Shown in pieces: positions 32,391 to 42,368 of a stretch of DNA of 58,025 nt (positions are counted from its first letter, which is position 1; the number at the start of each line of letters is the position of its first letter). The stretch lies in assembly GCA_001801865.1 (NCBI GenBank), contig MGYT01000122.1, positions 2,050-60,074 on the forward strand, in the 5' to 3' direction. The translations under genes were made by a program, and so were the position numbers. This DNA is from Gammaproteobacteria bacterium RIFCSPLOWO2_02_FULL_61_13 (GTDB lineage Bacteria > Pseudomonadota > Gammaproteobacteria > Eutrophobiales > Eutrophobiaceae). The notes below the pieces were generated by a model, which was not told the origin of the DNA, searched no databases, and saw nothing but the letters and a program-made list of their open reading frames with translations.

Positions 32391-33254
32391 TCAAGCCGGT
32401 TGTGCCGACCCAATGAGGATGGCAAGCAACCCCGCAATCCTGTCCCGCATCTGGCGCCGGTCCATGATCATGTCGATGTTTCCATGCTGCAGCAGAAATT
32501 CGCTGCGCTGGAATCCCTCCGGCAGTGTCTGCCGCACGGTCTGTTCAATCACCCGCGGGCCGGCAAATCCGATTAATGCATTCGGTTCGGCAATAATGAT
32601 GTCGCCCAGCATGGCCAGACTGGCGGATACGCCGCCGGTGGTGGGGTCCGTCAATACCGAAATATACGGCAGTTGTTCGCGGCGCAGGCGGCCGAGCGCA
32701 GCGCTGGTCTTGGCCATCTGCATCAGGGAGATGATTCCCTCCTGCATGCGCGCACCGCCGCTGGCGCAAAAACATACCAAGCCGCTGCGGGCGCCAATCG
32801 CGTGATCCACACCGGACATAAATCGTTCACCGACCACGGAGCCCATTGAACCGCCCATGAACTCGAATTCAAAAGCGCATGCCACCACCGGCAACCCCTT
32901 TACCGCACCGGCGATTACCACCAGCGCGTCATCCTCGCCGGTCTTCTTTTGCGCCTGCACCAGCCGATCCTTGTAGCGTTTGCTGTCCTTGAAGCGCAAC
33001 CGGTCAATAGGTTGCACGCCCTGGCCAATTTCGATGCTTGGGGATTCATCCAGGAATTGAGCCAGCCTGGCGCGGGCGCCAATACGCAGGTGATGGGAGC
33101 AGGTCGGACAAACTTCGAGGTTTCCGGCCAATTCCGCGCGATAAAGCACGGCCCGGCAGCCGGGACATTTTGCCCACACGCCTTCCGGAACCGAACGCCG
33201 GGTCGCCCCATTGGTTTTGATCCGGGACGGCAGCAGTTTCCGCAACCAGCTCAA
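32391..33254 (-). CDS. accD: Acetyl-CoA carboxylase carboxyltransferase beta subunit
   Basis: 287 aa. N-terminal Zn ribbon CPGCRAVLY...CPTCSHH and GGSMGS oxyanion block. Confidence 0.95.
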   Translation of the reverse strand: MSWLRKLLPSRIKTNGATRRSVPEGVWAKCPGCRAVLYRAELAGNLEVCPTCSHHLRIGARARLAQFLDESPSIEIGQGVQPIDRLRFKDSKRYKDRLVQAQKKTGEDDALVVIAGAVKGLPVVACAFEFEFMGGSMGSVVGERFMSGVDHAIGARSGLVCFCASGGARMQEGIISLMQMAKTSAALGRLRREQLPYISVLTDPTTGGVSASLAMLGDIIIAEPNALIGFAGPRVIEQTVRQTLPEGFQRSEFLLQHGNIDMIMDRRQMRDRIAGLLAILIGSAQPA

Positions 33255-33297
33255 TCTTGAGACTCCCTGCGCAGCGAATGGCCGCCAATGCAGGCGG

Positions 33298-33519
33298 TCA
33301 GGATGCTGCTCCCGATCCTTTGACTTTTGTGAGCCCCAGCTTGAGCTTCAACTCAAGTAATTCCAGCGCCATGTCGGGAATCTCTTCGTGGGCACGGGAC
33401 TCATTCGACAGCAGCCAGTGTCCCACGGTTTCCAGTTTGACCTTGACCAAATCGGCCACTTCGTGCCGCTCAAGTTGATGCTCGGAAATCAACTCCATCA
33501 ATCGCTCGCGGTTATTCAT
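33298..33519 (-). CDS. Hypothetical small protein (73 aa), possible HTH-like
   Basis: ORF fills the trpF-accD gap in the operon direction. No recognisable motif and no clear SD before the ATG. Confidence 0.35.
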   Translation of the reverse strand: MNNRERLMELISEHQLERHEVADLVKVKLETVGHWLLSNESRAHEEIPDMALELLELKLKLGLTKVKGSGAAS

Positions 33520-33607
33520 GGGAAACGGCCCTGGACAAGTATTCGGGACCGGAATTCTATCCTATTCGCGGAGGTGTTGTTTTGGCGCTACGCGGCGCCG
33601 GGCGGGG

Positions 33608-34231
33608 TCAGTTTGCGGCCTTCAAAACGGCGGCGGCGAAGCGGCACATTTTCCCGGAGTCCTTGATTCCGGGCTGGTTTTCGATACCACCGCTGACATC
33701 GACGGCAAAGGGTCTGGCCGCGGCAATTGCCGCGCCCACGTTTTCCGGAGTCAACCCGCCGGCCAGGATGACCGGGTGCACGATTCCGGCGGGGATCAGC
33801 GCCCAGGAGAACGGGACGCCGGTTCCACCGTGCTTCCCGGCAACATAGGCGTCCAACAGCAGGGCCTGCGCCGGCCCATGCTCTTTGTCAGCGCGCACGA
33901 TGTCGCGTGTCTCGCGCACGCGGACTCCCTTCAGGTATGGACGTCCAAAACTGGTGCACAGGCTGACAGGTTCCGTGCCATGAAACTGCAAAAGGTCCAG
34001 CGGCACCATTTTCAATACCTCCTTCACCCACTCCCGTTCCGGATCCACAAACAGCCCGACCCGGCTGACAAACGGCGGCACGGCGGCGCAAATCAATGCA
34101 GCCTGCCTTGGAGTCACACACCGTGGACTGTCCGGATAAAACACCAGGCCGATCGCATCAGCGCCGGCGGCGGCGGCCGCGGCCGCGTCCTCGGGCCGTG
34201 TAATTCCGCAGAATTTTATGCGCACGTGCAT
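33608..34231 (-). CDS. trpF: N-(5'-phosphoribosyl)anthranilate isomerase
   Basis: MHVRIKFCGITRPEDA N-terminus and LAGGLTPENV. Start re-set to ATG at 34231 (207 aa). Confidence 0.9.
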   Translation of the reverse strand: MHVRIKFCGITRPEDAAAAAAAGADAIGLVFYPDSPRCVTPRQAALICAAVPPFVSRVGLFVDPEREWVKEVLKMVPLDLLQFHGTEPVSLCTSFGRPYLKGVRVRETRDIVRADKEHGPAQALLLDAYVAGKHGGTGVPFSWALIPAGIVHPVILAGGLTPENVGAAIAAARPFAVDVSGGIENQPGIKDSGKMCRFAAAVLKAAN

Positions 34232-34244
34232 GCAGAAATTGTTC

Positions 34245-35045
34245 TCAGGGAATGTCCGCGTCGGGCGGCAATTCGCCCGTTGCGCCCGGGATTCCAAATT
34301 CGGACGGATATCTTACCCCGGCCAGATAAAGGCCGGCGGCAGGCGCGGTGACACCGCCCAAACGCCGGTCCCGCGAATCCAACACCGCCTGAGCCCAGGG
34401 CACCGGCTTTTGCCCCATGCCGATCATCATCAGTACGCCGGCGACGTTTCGCACCATGTGATGCAGAAACCCATTGGCCCGGATATCAATGATGAGAAAG
34501 TCTTCCCGGCGCCGAACATCCAGGTGCTTCACGTTCCGGATGGGGTTTGGCGCCTGACAATTCACGGCGCGAAAGGCGGAAAAATCATGTTCACCTCTGA
34601 GACATTGTGCCGCCGCCTGCATGCGCTGTTCATCCAGTGGCCGACACTCCCAGGCCACGCGCCCGGTCAGCAGACCGGGTCGCGCGCTGCGGTTCAGGAT
34701 CACGTATTGATATGAACGCTCCAGCGCGGAATGGCGGGCATGAAACCGTTCACTGACACCTTTGGCCCACACAACGCTGACCTGGGCTGGAAGATAAACA
34801 TTGCTCCCCAGTATCCAGGCACGCGGTTTTCGCTCAACCGGCGGGTCAAAATGAATTACCTGCTGGCGGGCGTGCACGCCGGCATCGGTTCGCCCGGCGC
34901 AGTAAATCCGGATGGGCGCATCAGCCACGCGCGAAAGTGCGCGTTCCACCGCCTCCTGAAGCGTAGGGCCGGTGGCCTGGCACTGCCAGCCGTGAAAATC
35001 CCGGCCACAGTATTCGATGCCTGCTGCTATTCGATGTTCAGACAT
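34245..35045 (-). CDS. truA: tRNA pseudouridine(38-40) synthase
   Basis: 266 aa. IEYCGRDFHGWQ and catalytic GRTDAGVHA. Confidence 0.93.
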   Translation of the reverse strand: MSEHRIAAGIEYCGRDFHGWQCQATGPTLQEAVERALSRVADAPIRIYCAGRTDAGVHARQQVIHFDPPVERKPRAWILGSNVYLPAQVSVVWAKGVSERFHARHSALERSYQYVILNRSARPGLLTGRVAWECRPLDEQRMQAAAQCLRGEHDFSAFRAVNCQAPNPIRNVKHLDVRRREDFLIIDIRANGFLHHMVRNVAGVLMMIGMGQKPVPWAQAVLDSRDRRLGGVTAPAAGLYLAGVRYPSEFGIPGATGELPPDADIP

Positions 35046-35159
35046 GCGGTCATCGCACCGTCAACCGGGAAACTGCAGATTGAGGGGACAGTGGAAGGCC
35101 ATGGGGGCACAGAAGGGTCCGCGAGCATGATTGTCGCGGGTAAACCAGTAGATGAATGG

Positions 35160-38100
35160 TCAGGAAGCCTGCTGCCGGAGTTCCTCGGCCTGGCGACGCT
35201 GTTCTTCGTTACCCTCAGCCGCGATCTCGTCCAGAATTCCGCGCGCGCTGCTCTTGTCGCCCAATTCCACATACGCCTTGGCCAGATCGAGTTTGGTTGC
35301 GATTTCGTCCTCGGCGGACTGGGCCTGAGTGCCATCTGTGCGCGGCACAAAAACCGTCTGATCACTGCCCTCCTCGGCCATATCCTCCAGCGACAATTCC
35401 CCGGCGCCGCCGGTATCCGCCGAATCAAAGCTGAGATCCAACCCACCCGCGTCGCCACCTGGCACTTCCAGGCTGAGTTCACCTGCGCCTGCATCATCGG
35501 CGCCGGGCACGTCCAGCGACAACCCAAGGTCATCATCCTTTCCTGAACCTATGTCCAAATCCAGACCAGCATCTCCACCTTCCGGCGTGTCAATGCCGGC
35601 GCTCAGATCCAGTTCCAACCCGCCTGCTCCGGCGTCGGACTCGGGCTGGCCGAGGTCTGATTCAAACTCGATCAAGTTGTCGTCGGCAGCCGGTTCCGCC
35701 GCGTCAAGGCTCAGATCGAAATCCATTGAATTTCTTGCGTCCGCAGCGGGCTTCGGCGCGGCAGGGGCATCGTCAGTGATGCTACTTGGGGCGGCTACGG
35801 TGACGTCGAGCGGATCCGCGTCCAATCCGGCGTCATCCAGATTCGAGTGGGAGGTGACATCCAGCAAATCGTCTCCTGTCGGAGCCGCACCCGGGTCGGG
35901 CAACGACTCTTCGCCGCCTTGCCCACCGGTCAGGTCCAGCACGTCTTCGCGTTCACCGCCGGCGACGGACAGCATTTCCTCGTCTGTTCCCAGACCGACA
36001 GAGGCGGTCACGTCCAGCACATCGCTGGCGGCATCACTGGCCGCCGCCTGCGCGGTTGGTTCCGCGGTCATCTCACCCAGGTCAAAGTCCAGGCTGCCGT
36101 CGTCTGCCGAGGCGGCCTTCTCCTTGGTGGTCAGGTCGAGCATGCCCACACCGGCCGCCGGTGCGGGCGCCTGATCCTCGTCCGCTGCAGGCTCCGAGAA
36201 CAAAGCGCGATTCGGCGAAATCTCCTTCCACATGACCAGGGCCATGTCCCAGTGCGGGCCGCTGCCACCCACCTTGTCATGCAACACCTTGGCTGCCTGT
36301 TCATATTTGCGCCGATCATTCGCGGCGTAGAAGACTTCCAGCAGCTTGCTGTGGAAATCCAGATTATCGGGTTCACGGGTGATGGCCTCGCGAACAAATT
36401 GCTCAGCCTGATCGAAATGCTCGTAGGCAAGAAATACGTTTACTTCGGCCAGCGGATCTTCCTGCGGCACTTCCGGAGCCGGCGCAGGCGCCGGCGCAGC
36501 AGCCTGGGGCGGCTTGGCCGCCGGCGCTGGTTTGACCTCGGGTCGCCCGGCCGCGCCGCGTTTCTCAATTTCAGGAGCAGGCTCGGCTTCAGCCGCCGCG
36601 CCGGGCAGAATGGTCTCCTCTTCGGAACCTGCGAAATCCGGGAACTGCACCGCCGCGGCCGCTTCATCTTCGGCAGCAACGGCCGACGCCTGCTTGCGGC
36701 GCGACACAAACAGCAGCCCGGCAATGACCACGACAAGGGCTCCCAGCGCAGCCCCGATAATCATGAGGTTGCCCTTTAGCCAGGTGAGGACCGGCTCCAC
36801 AAGGACGCCCAACGCCGTTTCCGGTGCCTTCGCTGCCGGCGCAGCCTCTGCTTTGGACTTGGCCGGCGGTGCGACTGGCGCTTCTTTCGCGGGCGCCGGT
36901 TCAGGTGCTGTGGCTTCAGGTTTGGTCGCTTCAGGTTTCGTTTCCGAGTCCTGCGGCGGCGGCGATTTCACTGCCTGGTCGGGCTCCGGCGTCTTGGCAG
37001 GCGTCGCTGTGACGTCCGGCGCCGCTGTAACTGCAACGGGTGCCGGGGCGACCGGCCGCGCCGCGGCATCAGCCAGATTTTTTTGGAGCGCGGCAAGTTC
37101 CTCATCCTTGAGGGCGATCAGGCGCTTTAGGTCCTCGATGATTGTTTCCGCTTCCGCCACCCGATCCTTCAGATCGACGTTCTCCTGAGTCAACGCCGAC
37201 AACTGCTCGTTGGCCAAATCCAGATTCTTGCCCGCCGCCCCCGCTGCGCCGGCCTCGCCACCGGCGCCCGTGCCGCCCTTACCTGGAGCAACCAGACGCA
37301 GCTCTGCCTCTTTACCTGGCGGTGCCGCCGCTGGCGCTGGTGCATCCGCAGCAGCAGGAGTCGGCTGCCCGGGCGCCGCAGGAACAACTTGGGGAGCAGG
37401 GGTTGCGGCTTGGGCTATCTGGCTGGGATCCCAGGCTGAATTCTGGGCCTGTGCCTCGGCAAACGCCTGTTCCCGCGTCAACGCGGAAAGCTCTGTTTCC
37501 GGCGGCACACGCAGGATTTGTCCGCGACGCAGCCCGTTGATATTGTTGTTGATGAATGCCTCGGGGTTGGTGCGATAAAGCGCCAGCATCATCTGCTGCA
37601 CGCTGATCGAATCGTTGGTGCGCATGCGACTGGCGATGGACCACAAGGTGTCATTTTGCTGCGTCGGTCCGTAGTCACCACCGGCGTAAGTAACCGCGGC
37701 GGCAGGTGCTTCCGACTCGGAAATCGCGCTGCTGGATTCGGTTTCTGCCGCTTCCAGCGCCGGTGAAGGAGCAACGACTGTAGCCACCGGCGCACGCATC
37801 CCGGGGTCGTACAACGGCGGATCCAGCAGCACCGTGTACTCACGCACCAGGCGCCCCTTGGACCAATTGATTTCAACCAGGAAGTTCAGGAACGGCTCCC
37901 TTATCGCGTCCCGGCTGTATACGCGGATGAAGTCGGGGCCCACCTCGCCTTCACGCAATTCAAACTTCAACCCACTCAGCGCAAACTGCCGTTCAACGCC
38001 GGCCCGCTCAAATGCCTCACTATCTGCAAGCACAATATTCAGGCTGTCCAGTTCCTCCCGGGTTGGAGACAGGAGTTCAATACGCGCGTCCAGCGGCTCA

Positions 38101-38198
38101 TTCAACGCTGAATCCAAAACCAGCTTGCCCAGACCGAGGGCGAATACCGGCCCCGGGATAAGGCTCGCCGCGAGGATCCAGGTTAAATTTCTTTTCAT
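35160..38198 (-). CDS. fimV: FimV/HubP-family peptidoglycan-binding polar scaffold protein
   Basis: About 1012 aa. Signal peptide, FimV N-domain, LysM (DTLWSIASRM...GLRRGQILRVP), coiled coil, TM (LMIIGAALGALVVVIAGLLFV), acidic low-complexity region, C-terminal FimV TPR motif (KLDLAKAYVELGDKSSARGILDEI). asd-fimV-truA synteny. Start 38198 or 38222. Confidence 0.85.
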   Translation of the reverse strand: MKRNLTWILAASLIPGPVFALGLGKLVLDSALNEPLDARIELLSPTREELDSLNIVLADSEAFERAGVERQFALSGLKFELREGEVGPDFIRVYSRDAIREPFLNFLVEINWSKGRLVREYTVLLDPPLYDPGMRAPVATVVAPSPALEAAETESSSAISESEAPAAAVTYAGGDYGPTQQNDTLWSIASRMRTNDSISVQQMMLALYRTNPEAFINNNINGLRRGQILRVPPETELSALTREQAFAEAQAQNSAWDPSQIAQAATPAPQVVPAAPGQPTPAAADAPAPAAAPPGKEAELRLVAPGKGGTGAGGEAGAAGAAGKNLDLANEQLSALTQENVDLKDRVAEAETIIEDLKRLIALKDEELAALQKNLADAAARPVAPAPVAVTAAPDVTATPAKTPEPDQAVKSPPPQDSETKPEATKPEATAPEPAPAKEAPVAPPAKSKAEAAPAAKAPETALGVLVEPVLTWLKGNLMIIGAALGALVVVIAGLLFVSRRKQASAVAAEDEAAAAVQFPDFAGSEEETILPGAAAEAEPAPEIEKRGAAGRPEVKPAPAAKPPQAAAPAPAPAPEVPQEDPLAEVNVFLAYEHFDQAEQFVREAITREPDNLDFHSKLLEVFYAANDRRKYEQAAKVLHDKVGGSGPHWDMALVMWKEISPNRALFSEPAADEDQAPAPAAGVGMLDLTTKEKAASADDGSLDFDLGEMTAEPTAQAAASDAASDVLDVTASVGLGTDEEMLSVAGGEREDVLDLTGGQGGEESLPDPGAAPTGDDLLDVTSHSNLDDAGLDADPLDVTVAAPSSITDDAPAAPKPAADARNSMDFDLSLDAAEPAADDNLIEFESDLGQPESDAGAGGLELDLSAGIDTPEGGDAGLDLDIGSGKDDDLGLSLDVPGADDAGAGELSLEVPGGDAGGLDLSFDSADTGGAGELSLEDMAEEGSDQTVFVPRTDGTQAQSAEDEIATKLDLAKAYVELGDKSSARGILDEIAAEGNEEQRRQAEELRQQAS

Positions 38199-38231
38199 GA
38201 ACTGCCTCTGTTCCATGCGCAACGGGATCGA

Positions 38232-38603
38232 TCAGGCCGGATCAATGATGAGCTCATATTGCCGGGTCAGATGTCCGGCGGACCATTTCAATTCCAGCAC
38301 CAGGGTCATCACCGGCTCACGCACCGGTTCCTTGGAGGTAATGACAAGGTAATGCCCGTTTTCATCCTGCAGAATTTCCTGATGCAGCCCGCCTGCGGGC
38401 TGCTCGTCTTGTTCCCCTCCCTGGACTGTGATCGTCAGGCTGTCCAGCTCGGCCTGGGACAATGAAATCAATCGAATCCGGGCATTGAGCGGTTGGTTGA
38501 GCCTGGATTGCAGATCCAGTTCGGAAATTGCCAGGCCATTGGCCGTTAAAGAGGCAATCAGGCACAGGAGCCCGGACATTGCCGTTATCAGTCTGAGTTT
38601 CAT
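38232..38603 (-). CDS. Stand-alone secreted paralogue of the FimV N-terminal domain
   Basis: 123 aa from ATG 38603, 7 nt after AGGAGG. Signal peptide MKLRLITAMSGLLCLIASLTA. Aligns by eye to the FimV N-domain (LNQPLNARIRLIS..AELDSL vs LNEPLDARIELLS..EELDSL; VREPVMTLVLELKWSAGHLTRQYELIIDP vs IREPFLNFLVEINWSKGRLVREYTVLLDP). Confidence 0.6.
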   Translation of the reverse strand: MKLRLITAMSGLLCLIASLTANGLAISELDLQSRLNQPLNARIRLISLSQAELDSLTITVQGGEQDEQPAGGLHQEILQDENGHYLVITSKEPVREPVMTLVLELKWSAGHLTRQYELIIDPA

Positions 38604-38810
38604 GGCAGCGCCTCCTGAACCATACAAAGCAAAAATAGCATCATTTTTCAAATAGTTAAGTGTAGGTCGTCCAGCCAGCGGTTACGACTGGTCATGATAC
38701 TGCCGAGCCCCGGCAACAATACCTGCCGCCGCAGTCTGAACCATATTTTTTCGCCTTCAGGCCGCTCCGCAACCTGCGAAGAAGCTTTATGAAAGACCCT
38801 TAACTATGTT

Positions 38811-39833
38811 TTACAGATAGCGTTTTACCAAAATTTCAGCTATTTGAACACTGTTTAGTGCGGCCCCCTTGCGCACGTTGTCAGACACAATCCACAGGTT
38901 CAGGCCCGCAGGGTGGGAAATGTCCTCCCGAACCCGCCCGACAAACACCGGATCCGACCCGGCTGCCTCGGTCAGGGCAGTCGGGTATCCACCGTCCCGG
39001 CGCTCATCCATCAGCACGATCCCGGGTGCCTCACGCAGCAGTTTGCGCACGTCTTCGACGCTGATTTTCTTCCGGGTTTCGATGTGCACCGCCTCGGAAT
39101 GTCCGTAAAACACCGGCACACGCACGGCGGTGGCATTCACGCGGATGGTTGCATCACCCATGATCTTTTGGGTCTCCCACACCAGCTTCATTTCCTCCTT
39201 GGTATAGCCGTTCTCCATGAATTCGTCGATGTGCGGCAGAACGTTGAAGGCAATCTGGCGCGGATAGACCTCAATGCGGACCGGCGTGCCATTCAGCGAC
39301 GCCGCACTCTGCTGTTCCAATTCCGCAATGGCGTCCTTGCCGGTGCCGGACACAGACTGATAGGTGCAAACATTGATGCGCTCGATACCGACTGCATCAT
39401 GGATTGGCTTCAGCGCGACCACCATCTGGATGGTCGAGCAGTTCGGATTGGCGATGATGCCGCGATTGCGATAGTGCGCGATGTCGTCCGGATTCACCTC
39501 CGGAACCACGAGCGGAATATCGGCGTCGTAGCGGAAACAGGAGGTGTTGTCGATGACCACGCACCCGGCCGCGGCCGCGCGCGGTGCATGGACCTGCGAT
39601 ATGGACGCGCCCGGAGAGAACAGCCCGATTTGAATGTCGGAGAAATCAAATTTCTCCAGATCCTCCACCACCAGATTGTTCCCGGCGAATGCGACCTTTT
39701 GCCCGGCGGAACGGTTACTGGCCACGGCATGCACTTTCCCATAAGGGAACCCACGCTCCGCCAGTATCGATAGCATCACCTCGCCCACCGCCCCGGTCGC
39801 ACCCACCACAGCCACATTGAACTTCCGGTTCAT
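38811..39833 (-). CDS. asd: Aspartate-semialdehyde dehydrogenase
   Basis: FNVAVVGATGAVG Rossmann N-terminus and active-site NPNCSTI. Confidence 0.93.
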   Translation of the reverse strand: MNRKFNVAVVGATGAVGEVMLSILAERGFPYGKVHAVASNRSAGQKVAFAGNNLVVEDLEKFDFSDIQIGLFSPGASISQVHAPRAAAAGCVVIDNTSCFRYDADIPLVVPEVNPDDIAHYRNRGIIANPNCSTIQMVVALKPIHDAVGIERINVCTYQSVSGTGKDAIAELEQQSAASLNGTPVRIEVYPRQIAFNVLPHIDEFMENGYTKEEMKLVWETQKIMGDATIRVNATAVRVPVFYGHSEAVHIETRKKISVEDVRKLLREAPGIVLMDERRDGGYPTALTEAAGSDPVFVGRVREDISHPAGLNLWIVSDNVRKGAALNSVQIAEILVKRYL

Positions 39834-39863
39834 GTTTCCCACCCTGTTGCCGATTGCCGTTGA

Positions 39864-40955
39864 TTACGCCGCAGCGGCGCGCCGCAATGCAGCGACGACC
39901 GCATCACCCATTGCCCCGGTCCCGACGCATGTCGTCCCCGGGCTGTGGATATCCGCTGTCCTGAGACCCTGTTGCAGGGCCGCGCGCACGGCCTGCTCCA
40001 GGAACACCGCGCATACCTGTTCTCCAAGTGAGTGCCGCAACAACAGCGCCAGCGACAGCACGGTCGCCAGCGGGTTGGCCACACCACGCCCGGCGATATC
40101 CGGTGCGGAACCATGGATGGGCTCGTACAGACCACGACGACGCTCATCCAGTGACGCCGACGGCAGCATGCCGATGGAGCCACTCAACATGGAGGCCAAA
40201 TCGGAAAGAATGTCCCCGAACATGTTGTCGGTAACCATCACGTCAAACTGCTTTGGCGAGCGCACCAGTTGCATGGCGGCGTTGTCCACATACATGTGCT
40301 CCAATTGCACCTCTGGAAACTCCGCTGCGGTCTCCACCACCACCTGGCGCCAGAGCTCCGAGGTCTCCAGCACATTGGCCTTGTCCACGGAACACAGTCG
40401 CCGGCCTCGCCCCCGGGCCGCCGCAAACGCCACGCGGGCAATGCGCCGTATTTCATCCTCGTTGTAACGCAGCGTGTTCACGCCGAAGCGCCTGCCGTCC
40501 GCGCCGCGAGTCAATTCCCGCGGTTGACCAAAATAAATGCCGCCGGTGAGCTCGCGCACGATCAGGATATCCAGGCCTGACACCACTTCCGGTTTGAGCG
40601 CCGAAGCCGACACCAGTTCCGGAAAGATCTGAACCGGGCGCAGGTTGGCAAAGACGCCCATGCCGGAGCGCAATCCAAGCAAGCCGCGTTCCGGTCGCAG
40701 TTCCCGTGGCGCGGTATCCCATTGCGGGCCCCCAATGGCCCCGAACAAAACCGCGTCCGCGGACCGCGCCAACGCCAGCGTTGTCTCGGGCAACGGCCCA
40801 CCGGTGGCATCCAGTGCCGCTCCGCCCACCAATCCATGCTCGATTTCCACGCGCAGGCCGAATTCCTGGATCAGCATAGACAGGGCTTTTTCCGCCTCGG
40901 CCATGATCTCCGGGCCGATCCCGTCACCGCTCAGGATTAAAATTTTGTGACTCAT
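39864..40955 (-). CDS. leuB: 3-isopropylmalate dehydrogenase
   Basis: 363 aa. [15 protein letters not shown]-terminus and NMFGDILSD signature. Confidence 0.95.
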   Translation of the reverse strand: MSHKILILSGDGIGPEIMAEAEKALSMLIQEFGLRVEIEHGLVGGAALDATGGPLPETTLALARSADAVLFGAIGGPQWDTAPRELRPERGLLGLRSGMGVFANLRPVQIFPELVSASALKPEVVSGLDILIVRELTGGIYFGQPRELTRGADGRRFGVNTLRYNEDEIRRIARVAFAAARGRGRRLCSVDKANVLETSELWRQVVVETAAEFPEVQLEHMYVDNAAMQLVRSPKQFDVMVTDNMFGDILSDLASMLSGSIGMLPSASLDERRRGLYEPIHGSAPDIAGRGVANPLATVLSLALLLRHSLGEQVCAVFLEQAVRAALQQGLRTADIHSPGTTCVGTGAMGDAVVAALRRAAAA

Positions 40956-41059
40956 GGGTGCGCGTTCGCAGGGGTCGACCGGGCTGAAAAAAACGGCGCA
41001 AATGATAGCACAAGGGGGTGCGGCGCCTGACGCGCCCGGACCGAATCCGTATCCGGATT

Positions 41060-41087
41060 AGTGTCCATCCGATTCCGGATGGACACT
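41060..41087. promoter_or_regulatory. Perfect 12-bp inverted repeat (AGTGTCCATCCG-attc-CGGATGGACACT) in the divergent leuB/dapC intergenic region; candidate operator
   Basis: Read directly: arms 41060-41071 and 41076-41087, 4-nt spacer. A second short palindrome AATCCG-tatc-CGGATT lies just upstream (about 41044-41059). Confidence 0.4.
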
Positions 41088-41123
41088 ATACTACGCGCCC
41101 CTGTTTGCCTGATTTAGTGCGCC

Positions 41124-42368
41124 GTGAACCCAGATCTGAACAAGTTGCGTCCGTACCCGTTTGAACGGCTTTCCGCCCTGCTGGCCGGGGCTGCGCCGTC
41201 GGGCTCCACCGCGTTGATTGATCTGGCCATCGGTGAACCCAAGCATGCCACCCCTGAATTCATCCTGGCGGCAGCCGCACGCGCGCTGCCCGGGTCGGCC
41301 CGTTACCCGCTCACCCGGGGTGGCGTGGAATTGCGGCAAGCTGCAGCCGGTTGGCTCACCTCGCGCTTCGGCCTGCCGTCCGCAAGCATCGATCCAGAGC
41401 GGCAACTGTTGCCTGTGAATGGGACGCGCGAGGCGTTGTTTGCCTTTGCGCAATGCGTGATTGATCGATCCGCGACTGACCCGGTGGTGCTGCTGCCCAA
41501 CCCGTTCTACCAGATATATGAAGGCGCCGCGTCCATGGCCGGCGCTCGTCGGTCGTACATATCCTGCTCACAGGCAGACGGGTATCGCCCGAACTTTGCC
41601 GCCGTGCCCAAGGAGACCTGGCAGCACTGCCAGCTCCTGTACCTGTGCTCACCGAATAATCCGACCGGTACCGCGTTGAGCCAGGGGGATCTGTCTGCGT
41701 TACTGGCGCTCTCGGACAGATATGGATTCATCATTGCGGCAGATGAGTGCTATTCCGAGATATACCTGAACGAAGATTTCCCGCCGGCCGGGCTGTTGCA
41801 GGCCGCGGCGGCCACCGGCCGCACCGATTTCCGCAACTGCATGGTGTTTCACAGCCTGTCGAAACGCTCCAACATACCGGGGATGCGTTCCGGGTTCGTG
41901 GCCGGTGATGCTGACTTGATCAGCCGGTTCCACCAGTACCGCACCTATCACGGATGCGCCATGCCGCCCCCGATCCAGGTCGCCAGCATCGCGGCCTGGT
42001 CGGACGAGGAACACGTGCGGGAAAATCGGCGCCTGTACCGGGAGAAATTTGATGCCGTGCTGGATATCCTCGGGCCGGTACTGCCGGTATGCCGGCCCGA
42101 GGGCGGCTTCTATCTCTGGCCCCGCTCGCCAATCAACGACGAGAAATTCGCCAAATTGCTCTATGCTCGATACCACGTGCGCGTGCTGCCCGGCAGTTAC
42201 CTGGGTCATGAGGATACCGGGGGCAACCCAGGGACCGGGCATGTACGTATAGCGCTGGTGGCGGCACCCGATGAATGCGTGCGTGCGGCGCGACATATCC
42301 GCGAACTTATTCAGTCCTTACCTGAGGTGCGGGAGCAGGAAAATGGACCTCGAAGAAATCATCAATAA
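41124..42368 (+). CDS. dapC: Class I/II aminotransferase, probable succinyldiaminopimelate transaminase
   Basis: 414 aa, GTG start. PLP-aminotransferase blocks (NPNNPTG-like [22 protein letters not shown] with the Schiff-base Lys). Immediately upstream of and overlapping dapD. Confidence 0.75.
   Translation: MNPDLNKLRPYPFERLSALLAGAAPSGSTALIDLAIGEPKHATPEFILAAAARALPGSARYPLTRGGVELRQAAAGWLTSRFGLPSASIDPERQLLPVNGTREALFAFAQCVIDRSATDPVVLLPNPFYQIYEGAASMAGARRSYISCSQADGYRPNFAAVPKETWQHCQLLYLCSPNNPTGTALSQGDLSALLALSDRYGFIIAADECYSEIYLNEDFPPAGLLQAAAATGRTDFRNCMVFHSLSKRSNIPGMRSGFVAGDADLISRFHQYRTYHGCAMPPPIQVASIAAWSDEEHVRENRRLYREKFDAVLDILGPVLPVCRPEGGFYLWPRSPINDEKFAKLLYARYHVRVLPGSYLGHEDTGGNPGTGHVRIALVAAPDECVRAARHIRELIQSLPEVREQENGPRRNHQ

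Noticed and set aside
35551-37578. Several 100-310-codon plus-strand ORFs inside fimV
   Set aside because: They are antisense to the Pro/Ala/Asp low-complexity region of FimV. The repetitive GC-rich codons keep all frames open.
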